This document shows positions 49,402-63,100 of a stretch of DNA of 64,000 bases, one piece after another. The stretch covers positions 47,556,001 through 47,620,000 of the forward strand of contig CM052817.1 in NCBI GenBank assembly GCA_028534125.1. Reading direction: 5' to 3'. Position 1 is the stretch's first letter. Each line of letters starts with the position of its first letter. Under the pieces are notes generated by a model. It saw only the letters and a program-made list of their open reading frames with translations, had not been told where the DNA came from and did not search any database. The DNA is from Lama glama. Its lineage: Eukaryota. The position numbers and the translations under genes are program-made.

Positions 49402-51290
49402 AATACAAATGAAGACAACTGAATACAAATGAATCAAATTGAATAAAGTTTAATGTCCAGCTGCGTAACAATGAAATGAAATGAAATGAAATATGGGGAT
49501 ACAAGTCCTCTCTTAATAAACGGGTGAGAAAAAATTTGTTTTACTGAATATGCAGTATTTGAGAGTGTGTAAGTGAACAAATTCTCTAACATCACTAAAT
49601 GTAAAATATTAAAACTTGTTGAAGAAATATTTGACAGTGTGTATTAAAACATAAAGAAATGTACATATATTTTGGTCAAGCAATTGCATTTTTTGTTAAG
49701 ACTAGTCTAAGATAATCATAAATATGCCCAGTGTTATATAACTGCATCATTTGATAGATTTAAGAAGCAACTTATATTTCTAACCACAGATAATAAATTA
49801 AGGTATAGTATTAATATGAATACAATATTTGAGAATATTAAACAACATGGAAACATTCTTGATATACTAAATGAATAAAACGTATACACCCCAGAATCAT
49901 AGCTTTATTAAAGAAAGCATGTACACATGCCCCAAAATGACAGCAAAAGCATTATCACTGGGTGACCAGACAAGAAATCATTTTACTTCGTCTATTTTTC
50001 TGTATTATCCACTGTTTTCATTATAATCTGAATTATTTTTAATATCTAAAATTGAAATATAACTCAGTTACAGATAAAATGCAAATTAAAACTGGAAAAT
50101 ATTTGCAACTACTTGATTAATTTGTACAATAAATATTATTGTGTATCCATTATGTGCCAAACACTCTTTTAGACAATGGAGATACAGGGATAAGATAAAA
50201 TCTCTGCCCTTCTAGAATTTACCCTCTGGTAGGGCATATGTACAGTACACAGGTGAATATATGAGTTCTGAAGATAATTACAGATTATGAGAATTGCTTT
50301 GAAGAAATAAACAAGGCTCAGGTGAGTTTTGGGTTGACTCCTGAAGTATGAGAGAGCCAGGGTGTGGAGGGCAACGGGGACAACACTTCTGGCAGGAAGA
50401 AAGCAGGTGCAGAAGCAGCAAAGAACTTGGCAAAGATAGAGGAAGATATAGGCAGGCAGTGTGAATGAAAAGCGTGGGGCTCGAGGTGAGGTTAAGAAGT
50501 GGACAGGGGCAGAAAAAGTAAAGGTGTGAAAGTCTTAGTAAAGAGTTTGCTTTTTTCCAAAATTAAAAAAAAAACTATTAATGGCTTTTAAGCCAAGAAA
50601 TGACATTATTTTTAATGTTTTTAAAAAAGATCATTCTGCCTGTTATTGAGGACTAATAAAAAAGTACATAGTAATAAATAAAAAGCAAAAACAATAACAA
50701 AAAATACAATGAGAAAATGGCCAAAGAATGAGAAGAGGAATAAATGTAAATTAGTAAGGAACACAGAACAATGTTCAGCTATACTAGTAATTAAAACCAC
50801 AAGTTTCAGTGACTTTCTATAGTTAAAGCAGCAAAGTTGAAGAAAGAAAGTTAATATCTAAAGATACTGTGAGGTAGGCAATAACAAAGACATTCTTAAT
50901 TAATCACTCGGAAAAGACACGTGTGCAGGGTGCTGATTAAGAGATGTTTAGAATAAGTGTCTTCACTATTTTTTTTCCTTAAAGTGGAATTACATGCAAT
51001 TTTTGTACCATTCTCTATTTCTTGAAAACTCAACAAGTAACAGGTGTTATTTTTATGATACTTGTTCTTATATTTTATAATATGTACATTTTATAATAAA
51101 GAAATGGTTACTGAAGAAGTCTAAAATAAGTTCATCACAACATGTAGACTGTGTGATGTAGAAGAAATAATAGTTTGCAAAAGTATTGGAAATACGTAAC
51201 ACTTACATATTCAAATATCACATAGCCTAATTTAATTGAAAATGCAGCAAGTATTTTCCCGAAGGCCTATGATATTGAAAAACAAACCAT

Positions 51291-51296
51291 TTTATT
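51291..51296 (-). terminator. NPFFR2: Candidate NPFFR2 polyadenylation signal
   Basis: TTTATT on + (AATAAA on -) about 120 nt after the stop; an ATTAAA variant lies at 51231-51236. Confidence 0.55.
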
Positions 51297-51417
51297 TACT
51301 TTTTTCCAGACAGAGCACCTAGCATTCTTAGAATAACTGCCGTACAAAGCCATAGGAAGCAACAGTATTTCGCTATATAACACAAAGCAGAGTTAAAAAT
51401 CATCACACCAGCCCTCG

Positions 51418-52252
51418 TTACATCTCGTTGCTATTGGTAAGTTCTTCTAATTCTTCTGTCATTAATTCCTGTATGGGTTTTTCAGCACTTTTGCTACAAA
51501 GCACAATTTCCTCTTGTGGGCTTTTAATTGTGAGTTCCGGAGCCGACAGATGAGATGTGGTTATGACCATGTTGTTTTTAGCTCTCAGGGTGTAGGCTTC
51601 CTTGGACTTTGCTCTTTTTCTGCAGAGCCGGAGGCAAAAAGCATCTTGGAAACCACGGCGAAAATTCTCATTGAAGAAACCATAAATGATGGGGTTGACG
51701 CTGCTGTTGCAAAAGGCCAGCCAGTGTGCAAAGGGGTAGATGTAGATGTTGATGAGCCTCAGTTCATCTGGAGACAGGTCAGCATAGTCTGAGAGCATCA
51801 TCAGAGTCCACAGGGGCAGCCAGGAGAGGATGAAAAGCAGGGCCACAGTCAGGAGCATCTTAATGACCTTCTGCTTCTTCTTGGACACCATGTGCCACTG
51901 CTCCTGGTTCTGTGTGCCTCTGTGAGGCACCGTCGTCTTGAAGAGTGCAATTCCAATCCTTCCATACATGATGACGATGAGGAACATGGGAGCCAGGTAG
52001 ATGTTGGCAAACAGCACAGTGGTGTAGGTCTTCCTCATTTCCTGGTTTGGCCAGTCTTCACGGCACCAGTAGACTGGGCCTGTTTTATTCTGGGAGTTGA
52101 GTGTCACTCGGTAATATTTTTCTTCTTTCACATGTAACATTATTGCAGATGGGGCTATAATGGCGATGGCCAGGACCCAGATGATCATAATAATGACAAA
52201 TGATGTCTTGATACTGAGCTTTGGTTTAAAAGGATAAACGACACACCGGAAC
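51418..52252 (-). CDS. NPFFR2: NPFFR2 terminal coding exon (DRF motif through TM7, helix 8 and C-tail)
   Basis: tttaattacAG acceptor; (R)[25 protein letters not shown]...SWLP...NPIIY...TNSNEM then TAA; 835 nt; spliced total 1263 nt = 420 aa plus stop, no frameshift. Confidence 0.97.
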
Positions 52253-52334
52253 CTGTAATTAAAGGCAAATATCAGACAAGGATTGCCTCATAACTTCTTA
52301 TCGAGTCATGAATTAAATTTATTTAAGTAAATAA

Positions 52335-52690
52335 TACCATATGATATCACTTATATGTGGAATCTAAAAAAGAAAAAAGACACAAATGAACTTACTTACA
52401 AAACAGAAACAGACTCACAGAACAAACATAGTTACCAGGGGAGGAAAGGGGGTGGGAAGGAATAAACTGGGAGTTTGAGATTTGCAGATACTAACTACTA
52501 TATATAAAATAGATAAACCACAAGTTTCTACTGTACAGCACAGGGAACTATATTCAATATCTTGTAGTAACCAATAACAAAAGAGATATGAAAATGAATA
52601 TATGCATGTATATGTATGACTGAAACATTATGTTGTACACCAGAAATTGATATAACATTATAATCTGACTATACTTCAATTAAAAAAAAA
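52335..52690 (+). mobile_element. L1 3' end in the last NPFFR2 intron (antisense to the gene)
   Basis: accatatgatatcacttatatgtggaatctaaaaa...ctgtacagcacagggaactatattcaatatcttgt...tatacttcaattaaaaaaaaa. Confidence 0.85.
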
Positions 52691-54129
52691 CAGAAATTGC
52701 CATTAGCTAGAGAGACATGCACCACCATTTTGTGTAATTGATATATGAGATAAATTTCAACTCAAAATATGAATAAGTTGAGTATATCTGACACTATTAA
52801 TAATGAAAGTACTAGTGGTAACTAGCCTGTAACAAAATGAGCATTTAATAGTCTATTCCCGGGTCCTTTCCATTGGTTTGCATAGGTAGTCTCTTTAAGC
52901 GTTCCTACTTAAAAGATGGGGAAACAGGCTCTAAAAAAGTAAAAAGTCTTGCTCTTAATCACACATGATTTTTACATAGGTATTTTTGACTCCAGAGCCC
53001 ATATTCTTAAACCCTCTTTCACGCCCTTCTGTGGCCCCTCACATATGATCTGTCTGCTTGGCTGTGCAACTTGCTTTGGCCAAGTGAACATTAGCAAGCG
53101 TGGCGTGAGAAGAAGCATGAGTGATGTCAGCTGCAAGACACAGAGCAGAAGCACCCACCACACAGAGGCACCCAGGCAATCCACAGAGTTGTGGGAAATA
53201 TTAAAGCATTATTGTTTGAAGCCACTAAGTGTTCGTGTTCTCACGGTTGGTTTCACAGCTGTAAGAGTCTGAAAGTTTCCGTATGAGTTCTGTTTATGCA
53301 CATTCCCAGTGTTCTATGTCCTCTGGTGAGCATGAAGCTTCAACATCGCTATGTAGAGGGAGCCTGATTCATTTTACTGCTGTTTTGTTACTGTGATTCT
53401 TGATGTAATTACTGATACTCATTATGTTCATTATAATATAATCAACTGTACTGTTAGACAACTGTATAACATTTTATATTTTTCAAAGTACTATCACTTA
53501 CTGAATCTTCTTTGATTTTTGTGATAACTCTATAAAACTGAAGTGTTATGAAAATTATTACTGTCCAGATCCGCAGTTAAGGAAACTTAGAGCTTTTAAG
53601 TGGCCCAGCAGCAACTCCAAATTAATCTATCTAATACCTTTATACAATGACTAGTTAACTTGAGCTTTGACTGCTCTGTTGTCTTTATAGCTCCTTCAAT
53701 GCATGTGTAAGACCTTCTCTCTTAACCTTCAAATTTTCATCTAGTCTTCTAATTAGGGAATTCTCCCATTTGCTCACCCTTAAATTATGGGTAGTTCATA
53801 GGAGCAATTCTAGATATTTTGCTCTTTTTGTAACCATTGAAACTTCAAATACTATTTTTTCATTTATCCATTCAACAAATAGTCTAATCTTGTTATAGTA
53901 GCCTGAACTAAAGCATGCAACATCCCTAATCATTCAATGTTAAAATATGGAAATCTGAGTAGTTTTATTTTCTTATCACTGAGCCTTTAGTACTTCATGC
54001 CTTGCTCTTAAAGGGGTATATATTGAGCAGATATACCCAAATTTAGTAGATTATACATTTTTCACTGGTTAGGTGGATTAGTTGCATGCATACCCAATTT
54101 TCTGGATTTAGAGTTTGGTGCTGACCTAC

Positions 54130-54229
54130 CTGTCCACTGCTATTGCAACTAAAGTGAAGACTGAAGCTGCAACGGACATTCCCTGGACCAAGCCACTGAT
54201 CTTACACATTGTGCTTCCAAATGGCCATC
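54130..54229 (-). CDS. NPFFR2: NPFFR2 second coding exon (ECL1, TM3)
   Basis: ttccctttcAG acceptor, AG|GTAGGT donor; 100 nt; (G)[32 protein letters not shown](R); missed by the ORF track. Confidence 0.96.
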
Positions 54230-54267
54230 CTGAAAGGGAAATGGAACAGTTAGTCTTTGAAAAGATC

Positions 54268-54306
54268 ATATATATGAAATTTTATATATATATATAAAAT
54301 TTTATA

Positions 54307-54344
<38 letters not shown>

Positions 54345-54346
54345 TT
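54268..54346. repeat. (TA)n / AT-rich palindromic tract
   Basis: Direct observation. Confidence 0.9.
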
Positions 54347-54844
54347 CCTGAAATTATAAGGAGAAAGACATGAAATCAGATTGATGCAACTGTTTCCAAA
54401 ATGATACCTGGGGAACAATCAATGCATCCCATTATTTTTATTAAGACATTCAGAGCTCTGTTTTTCAGGATACTAATAATAATGTCAAAACTTATATGAC
54501 TTAGTAACTTTTGGTAACAGCACTGTATACTCTGCAATAAATGCTTTGCATCTGTTAACATATCTAATCCCCACAATAGGCTTTTGAAGGCTTTATTCTT
54601 CTCCTGATGATGTAAAATAGGTAACAAACACACAAATTTAAACCCTAGCAGTATAATTTCAGAGTCCAAACCATTAACCCTTATGCAATAGTGTCCTTTA
54701 AATGAATAAAACAGGAAGAACACTGGTTCTCAAATTTGCAAATGTATTCTATAACTTAAGAGGAATCAGGAGTTACATGTAGAATAAAGTTAATATTTAG
54801 TTATATATAACGTAATGAAACAATTTACCTCAGAGATACTTTGT

Positions 54845-55213
54845 TAGGGAGTGAGTTTGTGTTCCCTTCCAAATTGCGATATTGAAGAGTTAACCCCCAG
54901 TGTGATGGTATTTGGAGGTGGGGCTTTTGGGAAATGGTTAGGTTTAGATGAGGCCATGAGGGTGTTGCCCACATGATAGGATTAGTGCCCTTATAAGAAG
55001 AGGAAGAGAGAGAACTCTGTCCATATGCATGCACTGAGGAAAGGCCACGTGAGGACACAGCAATCTACAAATCAGAAAAAGGACCCTCACCAAGAACCCA
55101 GCCATGCTGGCACCTTCTTCTTGGACTCCTCGCCTCCAGAACTGTGAAAATAAATGTCTGTTGTTCAAGCCACTCAGTATATGGCATTCTGTCATAGCAG
55201 CCTGAGCTAAGAC
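54845..55213 (+). mobile_element. MaLR LTR (MLT1A-like)
   Basis: cccccagtgtgatggtatttggaggtggggc...gattagtgcccttataagaagag...tagcagcctgagctaagac. Confidence 0.8.
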
Positions 55214-55759
55214 GTTCTTTGAGAATAAAGAGCACTTTGCATGAACAAAAGTAGTCTGTTTGAATTACTTCCTAACTGAACTTCAGTTCCTAGAAGGTTT
55301 ATAAAAGAAATTGGTAAAATTATCATATTTGATATCAATGAAATCAAATTTAGTTTGATATTCTACATACCCCTCTGCTATTACAGGAAAGTAACTCTAT
55401 TGTTCTTCCACTAGCAAATATTCTAGTTTCCTGAAAGATGAATGGTACATTTTTCTCAAATTTTTAAAATTTATCTTTTTAAAATATTTACAATTTGTCA
55501 TTAAAATATTCTTATCTAATTAAAAAAAATTCCAATAGACTAAATAATCCAGGAACAATTAAAAAAAAATTTGTCATCTATCCAGACCACCTTAAAATAG
55601 GTGCTTGAATGGTTCCACTGAATAGAAATGAAAAGGAAACATGTCTTCCTAGTCCTAAAATTTGTTTGCTTGTTATAGTATTTACTGTTCAACAAAAATG
55701 CAAAAAAGTGCATATAGCCACCCTCACCAAACTCGACTGACATGATAGCACTAGGACAA

Positions 55760-57200
55760 AAAGAACATAAATCCCTAGAAAGGAGGTGCCAGACACTAGT
55801 GAATGTAAATTTGGGAAAATAACACAATTGGCTGAATTATGTATAAATGCAATTGGATGCCTCTGGCTTTTCCCCAGGCCAGTGGGAGAAAGGAGGTTAC
55901 TCTCTGAGGAGGTCAAAGCTCAGGGAATCTAGACGCTGAGTCACCACCTACAGGCAGAGTGGGTGTCACAATGATGAGAAGGATGAAGTGAAAATACATG
56001 TACACTCGTCACAGGATATTGCTGGTTCAGAGACCAGCTGAGCTCCAGGATGTAGCAGCCAGCCTCATGTCCCGATGGCAGGAGATGAGAGAATTTCCTT
56101 CTGGGGAAAGTGATCCTTCCAAGAATACTGACGAATTTTGACTGGCAGATCTTTTCAGTTGTGGATTTCCCAACGAATCACCCAGACTAACGAAGCTGAG
56201 CTGGGCTTTAACCTCAAACCCCAGACAGGCTGAATTTCATGGCAGCCGTACAGGGCCTAACTCTGAAACACACGCATCTAAGTCGTAGCTGACGTTTGGG
56301 AAATCGCAAACATAAAAGAAGGAGACTAAAGCAAATAGGGAGAACAAAACAGGAGAAAGCCAGCTAGACAAAAAAATTAAAAACAGAAAAATTATTACTA
56401 ATAACCTCAGGGATATAACACATTTTATCCATGAAAATTATGTGCATGGTGGTATAAGGAGGTGGTATAAGAAAAGAAAAATAGCTCAGAGAATCTAAAA
56501 CAGGAAAACAGAAATGGCTGCTGACTTTATGTCAACATAAAGTTTGGAAGAGAAAGTTGAGATCTTTGAAAGTAGAATAATGAGAAACAGAAAATGGAAG
56601 AAAAAATATTTTCAACAGAGAGCAACCCAGCAGCTCCAATATCTGATTAATACGAAGAAAGGAAAATGAAAAGGAACCCTAGGAGAAAGTTCCCCAGGAT
56701 TAAAGGACATTCTTTTCTTTTTTTTCACTGAAAGGACCTAGTTTATGTCCAGCACAATAAATGGAAAATAGAAAGACTTACATCAGGGCATAACGGCCTA
56801 AAATTCAGAACACCAGGGGTAAAGAGAAGCTCTGAAAGCCCTCAGGAAGAAGAGCAAAGTACCAGTCAGAAGTAAAAGAAGCAAGGGTCAGGCCGCATCA
56901 GATTTTCCAGCAGTGACACCAGGTTTCCCAGCAGCAGCAACAGAGCAATCTCTTCAAATATTTTGAGGGGGAAAAATGTTCAGCCTAGAATACTTTACAC
57001 AGCTAACTATAATGAAGTGTGAGGGCAGAATAAAGATATTTTCAGATACAATATCTCAAACATTTTTATCTCAATGCATCCTTTTTCAGGAAGCTAGTAG
57101 ATGAATAAACCAATAAAAAAAAGAGATGGTGTCCAGAACACAGAGGATTGAGCATAAACAGAGAGTAAGACAATTATTAGGGGCTCAGTGAAGAAAGCTC
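55760..57200 (+). mobile_element. Ancient L1 5'/ORF1-region remnant
   Basis: A-rich degenerate ORF1 motifs (cagcctagaatactttacacagctaactat...gagggcagaataaagatattttcaga). Confidence 0.55.
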
Positions 57201-58127
57201 CCAGAGCGATAGCTGAGCTCCATACCCAGAAAGCAGTGTCTCTGGATAGGAACAAGAGGATAGAGAGCCCCTGGAAGGGTATGTCCAGGAAAAAAAGATG
57301 CTATTTACCCTTTTTTGGTGTGTTTTTGATATGTTCAAAGGTATTGACAAGAAATTTAACACTCCTGGAAGATAATTCTGAGGATACATTACTGATAGCT
57401 ATACTCAAAAAAAAAAAAAAAAACCCTAAGCAAACACTAGGAAAACAAAAAATCATTTTATGAGAAAAACTGCTATCATCACAAAACACAAAAACCCAGG
57501 ATCTATTTAGTACACGATGACAGAATAGGCAATCTAAACTCCCTGGTTCTCACTTCAGTGAAAGGAAAGAAACAGAAGCAAATTCTAGAAGGAAACCACT
57601 TATTCTCCAGTAAACTGATGTTGAATGCCATGAAAGGATGAGAACTGTCATATGGTTCAAGCTGATCTAAATATCTTCAACATGCTGCTCTGGTTTCATT
57701 TTTTTCCTATACAAAGTTGGAATATGAATATCTTGAGAGCTGTTCATTAGTTAATACAGCAAATATTTACTAAGCAAGCACTATACACCAAAACTGTACT
57801 GGGAACTACACTCTTCCTCACTCCCAGAGTATGTGATGTGGTGCAAAACAAGTAGTAATCCAGGCCCAGAAGCACTCCAGGATAGCACCCTCACCATTAC
57901 TTATGTTGCACATGTGAATTACCACTACACAAGGAAACCACCTTTGTGAGAAATCATTGATATCGCTACTCCATCTTCTGTCAAAAACTGTTGGCAATCT
58001 CCCCAGCTAACCACAAGAGGGACTAAACACCTATTCCCGTTAGACTGAAGACATTTCATTAATTGAAAACACCGGTAAGCCACTGGAAACCACTTACCAG
58101 TTCTTTGAACTTTATAGTTGATAATAT

Positions 58128-58200
58128 ATTTTTAATGGAAGTACTCGGGATTGAATCCAGGCTCTTGTGTATGCTTAGCACTGAGCTAAACCCTCACCCA
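58128..58200 (-). mobile_element. tRNA-derived SINE (Vic-1-like), internally deleted, with its head duplicated in tandem to 58250
   Basis: tttttaatggaagtactcgggattgaatccagg...atgcttagca-ctgagcta; lacks the ctctacca segment present in the 16454 copy. Confidence 0.75.
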
Positions 58201-58623
58201 ACAGTCCATAATATTCTGAGCTAAACCCTCACCCAACAGGCCATAATATTCTCAGTAATATTTCTACCATATTATACATGCCCTGAACCGTTAAGCAAGT
58301 TCAAAGTCTTTAGTAAGAAGTGTTAAATCTCATTCGCTGATGACCTTCAGTAAACACTCTATAAAAATAATAGCTTCACACTTCACCTCTGTTATTTGCT
58401 TTATTTTTCTCCACAATTCTTATTATTCTCTGATGACTTACATAGCTATTTGTTTTTGTTGTTAGCCTCCTTTAAAACGTAGACACCTTCAGGATAACTA
58501 CTCGGAGCTGTTCTCAGAACTCCGTGGATATTTGTGAATGAATAAATGATCCTGTCTTGGCTACGGGAATATGGGACAATCATTTTCTCATGTCATCTTT
58601 GAGCTGCACACAGATCAACATAC

Positions 58624-58951
58624 CTGCTATGATATTGTCCAGCAGCGTGGTAGGCATACAGAATATGCCAACTAGTAGATCACTTACGGCCAGGTTCAAG
58701 ATGAAGAGATTAGTGACAGTGTGCATATGTTTGTTCCTCATTACAATAAAGCAAACCACTGTGTTTCCCGCCATGCACAGGAAGAAGATTAGAAAGTAGG
58801 AAATAATGAAGACTGCAGCCACTTGAGGCTGGTGGAGATAGTAGCTCACGTAGGTGATGTTGCCGTCTGCGTACAGATCATGCTTTGTGGCATTGACACT
58901 CCAGATGTGGTGCCAGGTTTCTGAAGAGTTTGAGTCCCATTTCTCATTCAT
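58624..58951 (-). CDS. NPFFR2: NPFFR2 first coding exon (N-terminus, TM1, TM2); the exon starts at 58958 with 7 nt before the ATG
   Basis: Minus strand ttctttgttc[41 protein letters not shown]...[25 protein letters not shown](G); donor G|GTATGT; 328 coding nt; sequons N8, N20, N31. The upstream exon is not identified in the window. Confidence 0.96.
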
Positions 58952-59624
58952 GATGGACCTGAACAAAGAAGAGGCAGAAAAGAAAAAGCATGATTAAAAA
59001 GCAGGGGAACATAAGTTTAAAAGCATTTAAGAGAGATACTTTTACAATGCTATGGAATTTTGAAGGGTCTTTTATAATAATCCGTAAGTTTTGCGTGGAA
59101 CTGAGTTATAAATAAGGCATTCAAATTATTAGGCTTTTAACCAAGAGCATTTGAAAATCCCACTTTGTGCCATGAGGAACACTTATTATTATATTTTATT
59201 TCCTTGATATACCCTGTATTATCTCCCTCTTTATCATACCTTCCATCTGCTTGCAAGTTTCAAGGGAAACCTTCCAAAACTCCTCTTCCTCTTGCCTCCA
59301 GATATCATAATCTGTCAAAACCTACTTGTTCTTTTCATGCTAAATAAGATGCCTTGAGCTTTCCTAATATTTGAATGAAGTGTTTGCAACTTCAAAACTC
59401 TCATTGAAATAAGCTTCTTGGATTTTCCTTATTCTCTTTGACTCAGTAAATTGAATATTCTCTTCTGTATGTTGACAGAGTCACAAAATAGAATTTCTTA
59501 AACTAGGTCTAGGTTACTTACCTTGGTTTCATTTAGCATAATTCCATTCACATAGTATATATTCAATAAATACTTATTTGGAATCTATAAATCTTAAATA
59601 AAGACATTTCAATCAACTGTTGTG

Positions 59625-60178
59625 TGTCAGAAGTCCCCATGAACACTCCCAGGTTTGGAGATTTACTAGAAGGACTCAGAGTATGGTGCCTTCACAGCTA
59701 ATATTTATGACAGTGAAGAGATACAAAGCAAAATCAGAAATAAAAAGGCACACAGGGTAAAATCTGTAGGACAGCAGGGACACGCTTCCCGGGGCTGCCT
59801 CTCAGGGGAGTCACACAGGATACGCTTAGTTCCTCCAGCAATGAGTTTGACAACACGTGGGAGTGCTGTCTACCAGGGAAGCTCCTTAGAAACTCAATTC
59901 CCCAGATTTTTAATTAAATCGTGGTCATGTGGGCAACTTCTTTTGAGATATGTCAACATTCCAGACTCCTGGATGGAAAGTTGGTGTGCAGGATGAACTA
60001 TGTTGCTTGCATGAACAACTTATACCTAGTGAGCCATGCATCATTTAAGGAAACTTTATATCGGTATAGGGAACTGTCTGGAATTTAAGTTCCCAAACTC
60101 CAACTCAGGGCCAATCGCAAAAGCAGGCCTTTTTAAAGACAGCAGTCTCAAGTCTGCTTGTTAACTCTTTTCTGCATG
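59625..60178 (-). mobile_element. ERVL-class LTR (MER21/MER68/MER77 group)
   Basis: Right end aagcaggccttttt...agcagtctcaagtctgcttgttaactcttttctgca is the reverse complement of the group's start as recalled. Confidence 0.7.
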
Positions 60179-63100
60179 TCTTGTAAAGTTGACAGGTTAT
60201 ACGTGCCCTGAAATGAAAATGAATTTAACAGTGGACTTATGCAATTGAACTCTCATATTCACTTTTTTGGAGTAGTTTCATGGACTGTGAATTGTTGAGG
60301 ATAGATTGAAATGAGTCTCAGCAAGTAGATAGTCAGATCCCAATTTGCAAGTTCATATAGTGACCTCATTATCACTTTGCATTTTCCAGTCTTTTACCAA
60401 GTACACATTTATATTGTATTAGGGGAGCATGTTTATCTTTTGTCAATACTGCATAAGGATTAAGATATGTACATTCACTTCTGCTACTGAACTTTGGATA
60501 GCTTTCTCTTTGTATTTTAGGTACAGGGAAGAATAAACAAGATTAAGTCATGAATATGAAATAAGTCAGTTAAAGGGGATCATTTTTCTTCCCAACAGCT
60601 CCCATTATTTTGCCATTTAATTTTTTCCCTTTCCTCGAATTTTTAAAATTCACTTTTGCTTTTCTGTATTTCGTATTCCTAAGTCCAAATAAATACAAAA
60701 AATGAAAAGCAAAGTGAGTGTGGGATGGGGTGAGAGCTTGGAGAAGAGGAAGAAAACAGGAATTCATGTAGAATCAGAAGCAGGCTGTTACACAAAGTCA
60801 AGTTGAGAATATCCTTGGGGTCCAGAAACTGATATTGAGAATACCTATCAGCTTGATAAAAATCATTTCAATAAAAGTCTTCAAAGAAAAGCATTCATAC
60901 AAATTTGTGAAGATATTTATACCTAAGGCAAGGAAACACTATAAATACAAATGAGAAAGGCATGAGGAAAAATGTAGGTAGCTAAGAGTTACTAATAAAA
61001 GACATCTGTCCATGGATTCAATTAGAGCTGACAAACATATGGGTAGAATATATTATAAGACATAAGACATTTTTTTCTTATATCCTGGCTGAAAGCAACC
61101 CCATATTTCCAAAGCAGATATCCATCCATGGTGTCTGTTGAGATAAAAGTGTTAGGAAATTTGAGATTGAACAGGATTCAAAACCTTCCTGTGTATTAAC
61201 TTAAACTCCACGTTATTTGAGACAGAAGTGCCTCCTTTCCTCTTCTTCCAATAGATTTTTGATAAACTAAAATCATATTTTGTCTTGGGGCCAGCCTGGA
61301 TTTCACTATCCCTACTATTGGCTTGATAACTATATGTGGCAAGACAGCATGCAAAATGCAATACAGAGAGGTAAGCAAAGAATCTGTCATATTCTAACCA
61401 TTAATTCCTGCTGATGAGCAGTTGTAAAATTTTCGTACATGAGATAATAGCCATTAGGTTGACTTATAATAATATGAATTTAGGAACTACATCATCCCCT
61501 GTAGTATTACTGTCGTGAGGCAGAGAAAAGCCAGGTCCCGACTGATCCTAGGGGGAGACCCCCTTATCTCAATGTCATACATCAGAGATAACTGCTCTTT
61601 GGTGTTCATGCATCTAGAATCTTTCTTACCGGGTACTTAAAAGTTCTGTAAGTTAATTAAGAAGCTTTAAATGAAATCTACCCCTGATTGAATACCTTTA
61701 AGACCAGAATTATTTTAAGTGTACTCTGTGAATCATATTCACTCTTAGATGAAACAGTATAAGAAATAAGAAAACTGGGTATACCAGTTTCAGGAAGGCA
61801 AATTTACACTCTACCATCTATGGATGATTCAATAGTCTTGGAATATTTCATTGAAAATGTGTGATGTCTTTTCAATAACAGAAAGTCTGAACTTTACAAG
61901 TTAGTATTTTACATGTTAAGTAAATAAATTGTAAACATAAGCCATTTTAGCACTAATTTGTCTTATACTCTTTATTTCTACATGGAAAAACTGTGATGAA
62001 TAAAATGCTTGGTACGAGCCTCCTCTACCATTTCTTCATCTTTGATTCTGGAGAGAAAACAGACATAACAGGCTAAACTTTGTGATCGCCATTTAGGGCC
62101 CCAAATTACCCCAACTTCCTCAGACTCTTGTTCTTTCTGTAGGAAAGGAGCGTATGTCTTCAGCAAGAGAAGTCAAGGGATGAGGTTATTTACAATCCTT
62201 TCTTCCTGGAATTGTGTTTGCGAAAACACTAACCGTGGATTACTCTGGGAGAAGAAAGAGTTGAACATCATCATAGTTTTTTTGCTTATTTATATTTCTC
62301 AACTTTTTTCCTGTTTCCAGATTTTTTTACAATCTGGAAAAAAATGTCTTCGTATTATCGTCTGAATTCAACTATAGAGCATAAAACCAGATGACATAGC
62401 TTAAGTTCTTCTTATAAATTTGCAATCATAAGTTAAATACTGAGCAGTAAAGGTATTATTTTACCCAAAATAGTTCTGTCTTCCAAATTTCAATTAGGAA
62501 AGAATTCAGAAAGACTCTAATCTGCTAGGTTTAGATACACTGTTTCACACATATCACATGAAGAATCTGAAAGAAGAGTCTATGTTCTTTACCCTTGGAT
62601 CAAACACCCATTGAAGGGATGAAGCTGGCAATAAAGTGTCACCAAGCATTGGCTACTGGACTGCTAGACACACCACAGTCAGCTACGGCCAGCAGCCTCC
62701 ATGTTTGGCATCCTTCTCTCTTTGGGCTTTCCCTATTGCCTCTATCATTATTGTTAATATTAATTTCACTGTGTTCTTCATGTTTTGTTTCTAGGAATTT
62801 ATACAAGGACTTAAGGACAGGAAGATGGTGGTATTTACTTCTACCTATGTTGGACTAAACTCTGATGATTACCATTAAAAGGTATTACAGTTATTTAGTA
62901 GTTAGTAATCCAGTTATTTAGTGACTAGTAAGCAGTTATGACAACTTAGATTGCTAAAATAATTGAAGAGGAGAGAGACAGAAAAGAGCAAGAACAGAAA
63001 TGCTGTAAACACACATGCTCAAATTAGGGGTGAAGCGTTGGCAGTAACTATGAGACATACAGTAAAAATGCCTAATATTTAAATTTTCAGAGCATTTTCA

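Noticed and set aside
51514..52137. Plus-strand ORFs antisense to NPFFR2
   Set aside because: Short shadows of the coding strand with no independent support
58952..58966. N-terminal extension MFRSI of NPFFR2 in the ORF track
   Set aside because: Reads through the splice acceptor at 58959-58960; any real extension would come from an upstream exon not identified here
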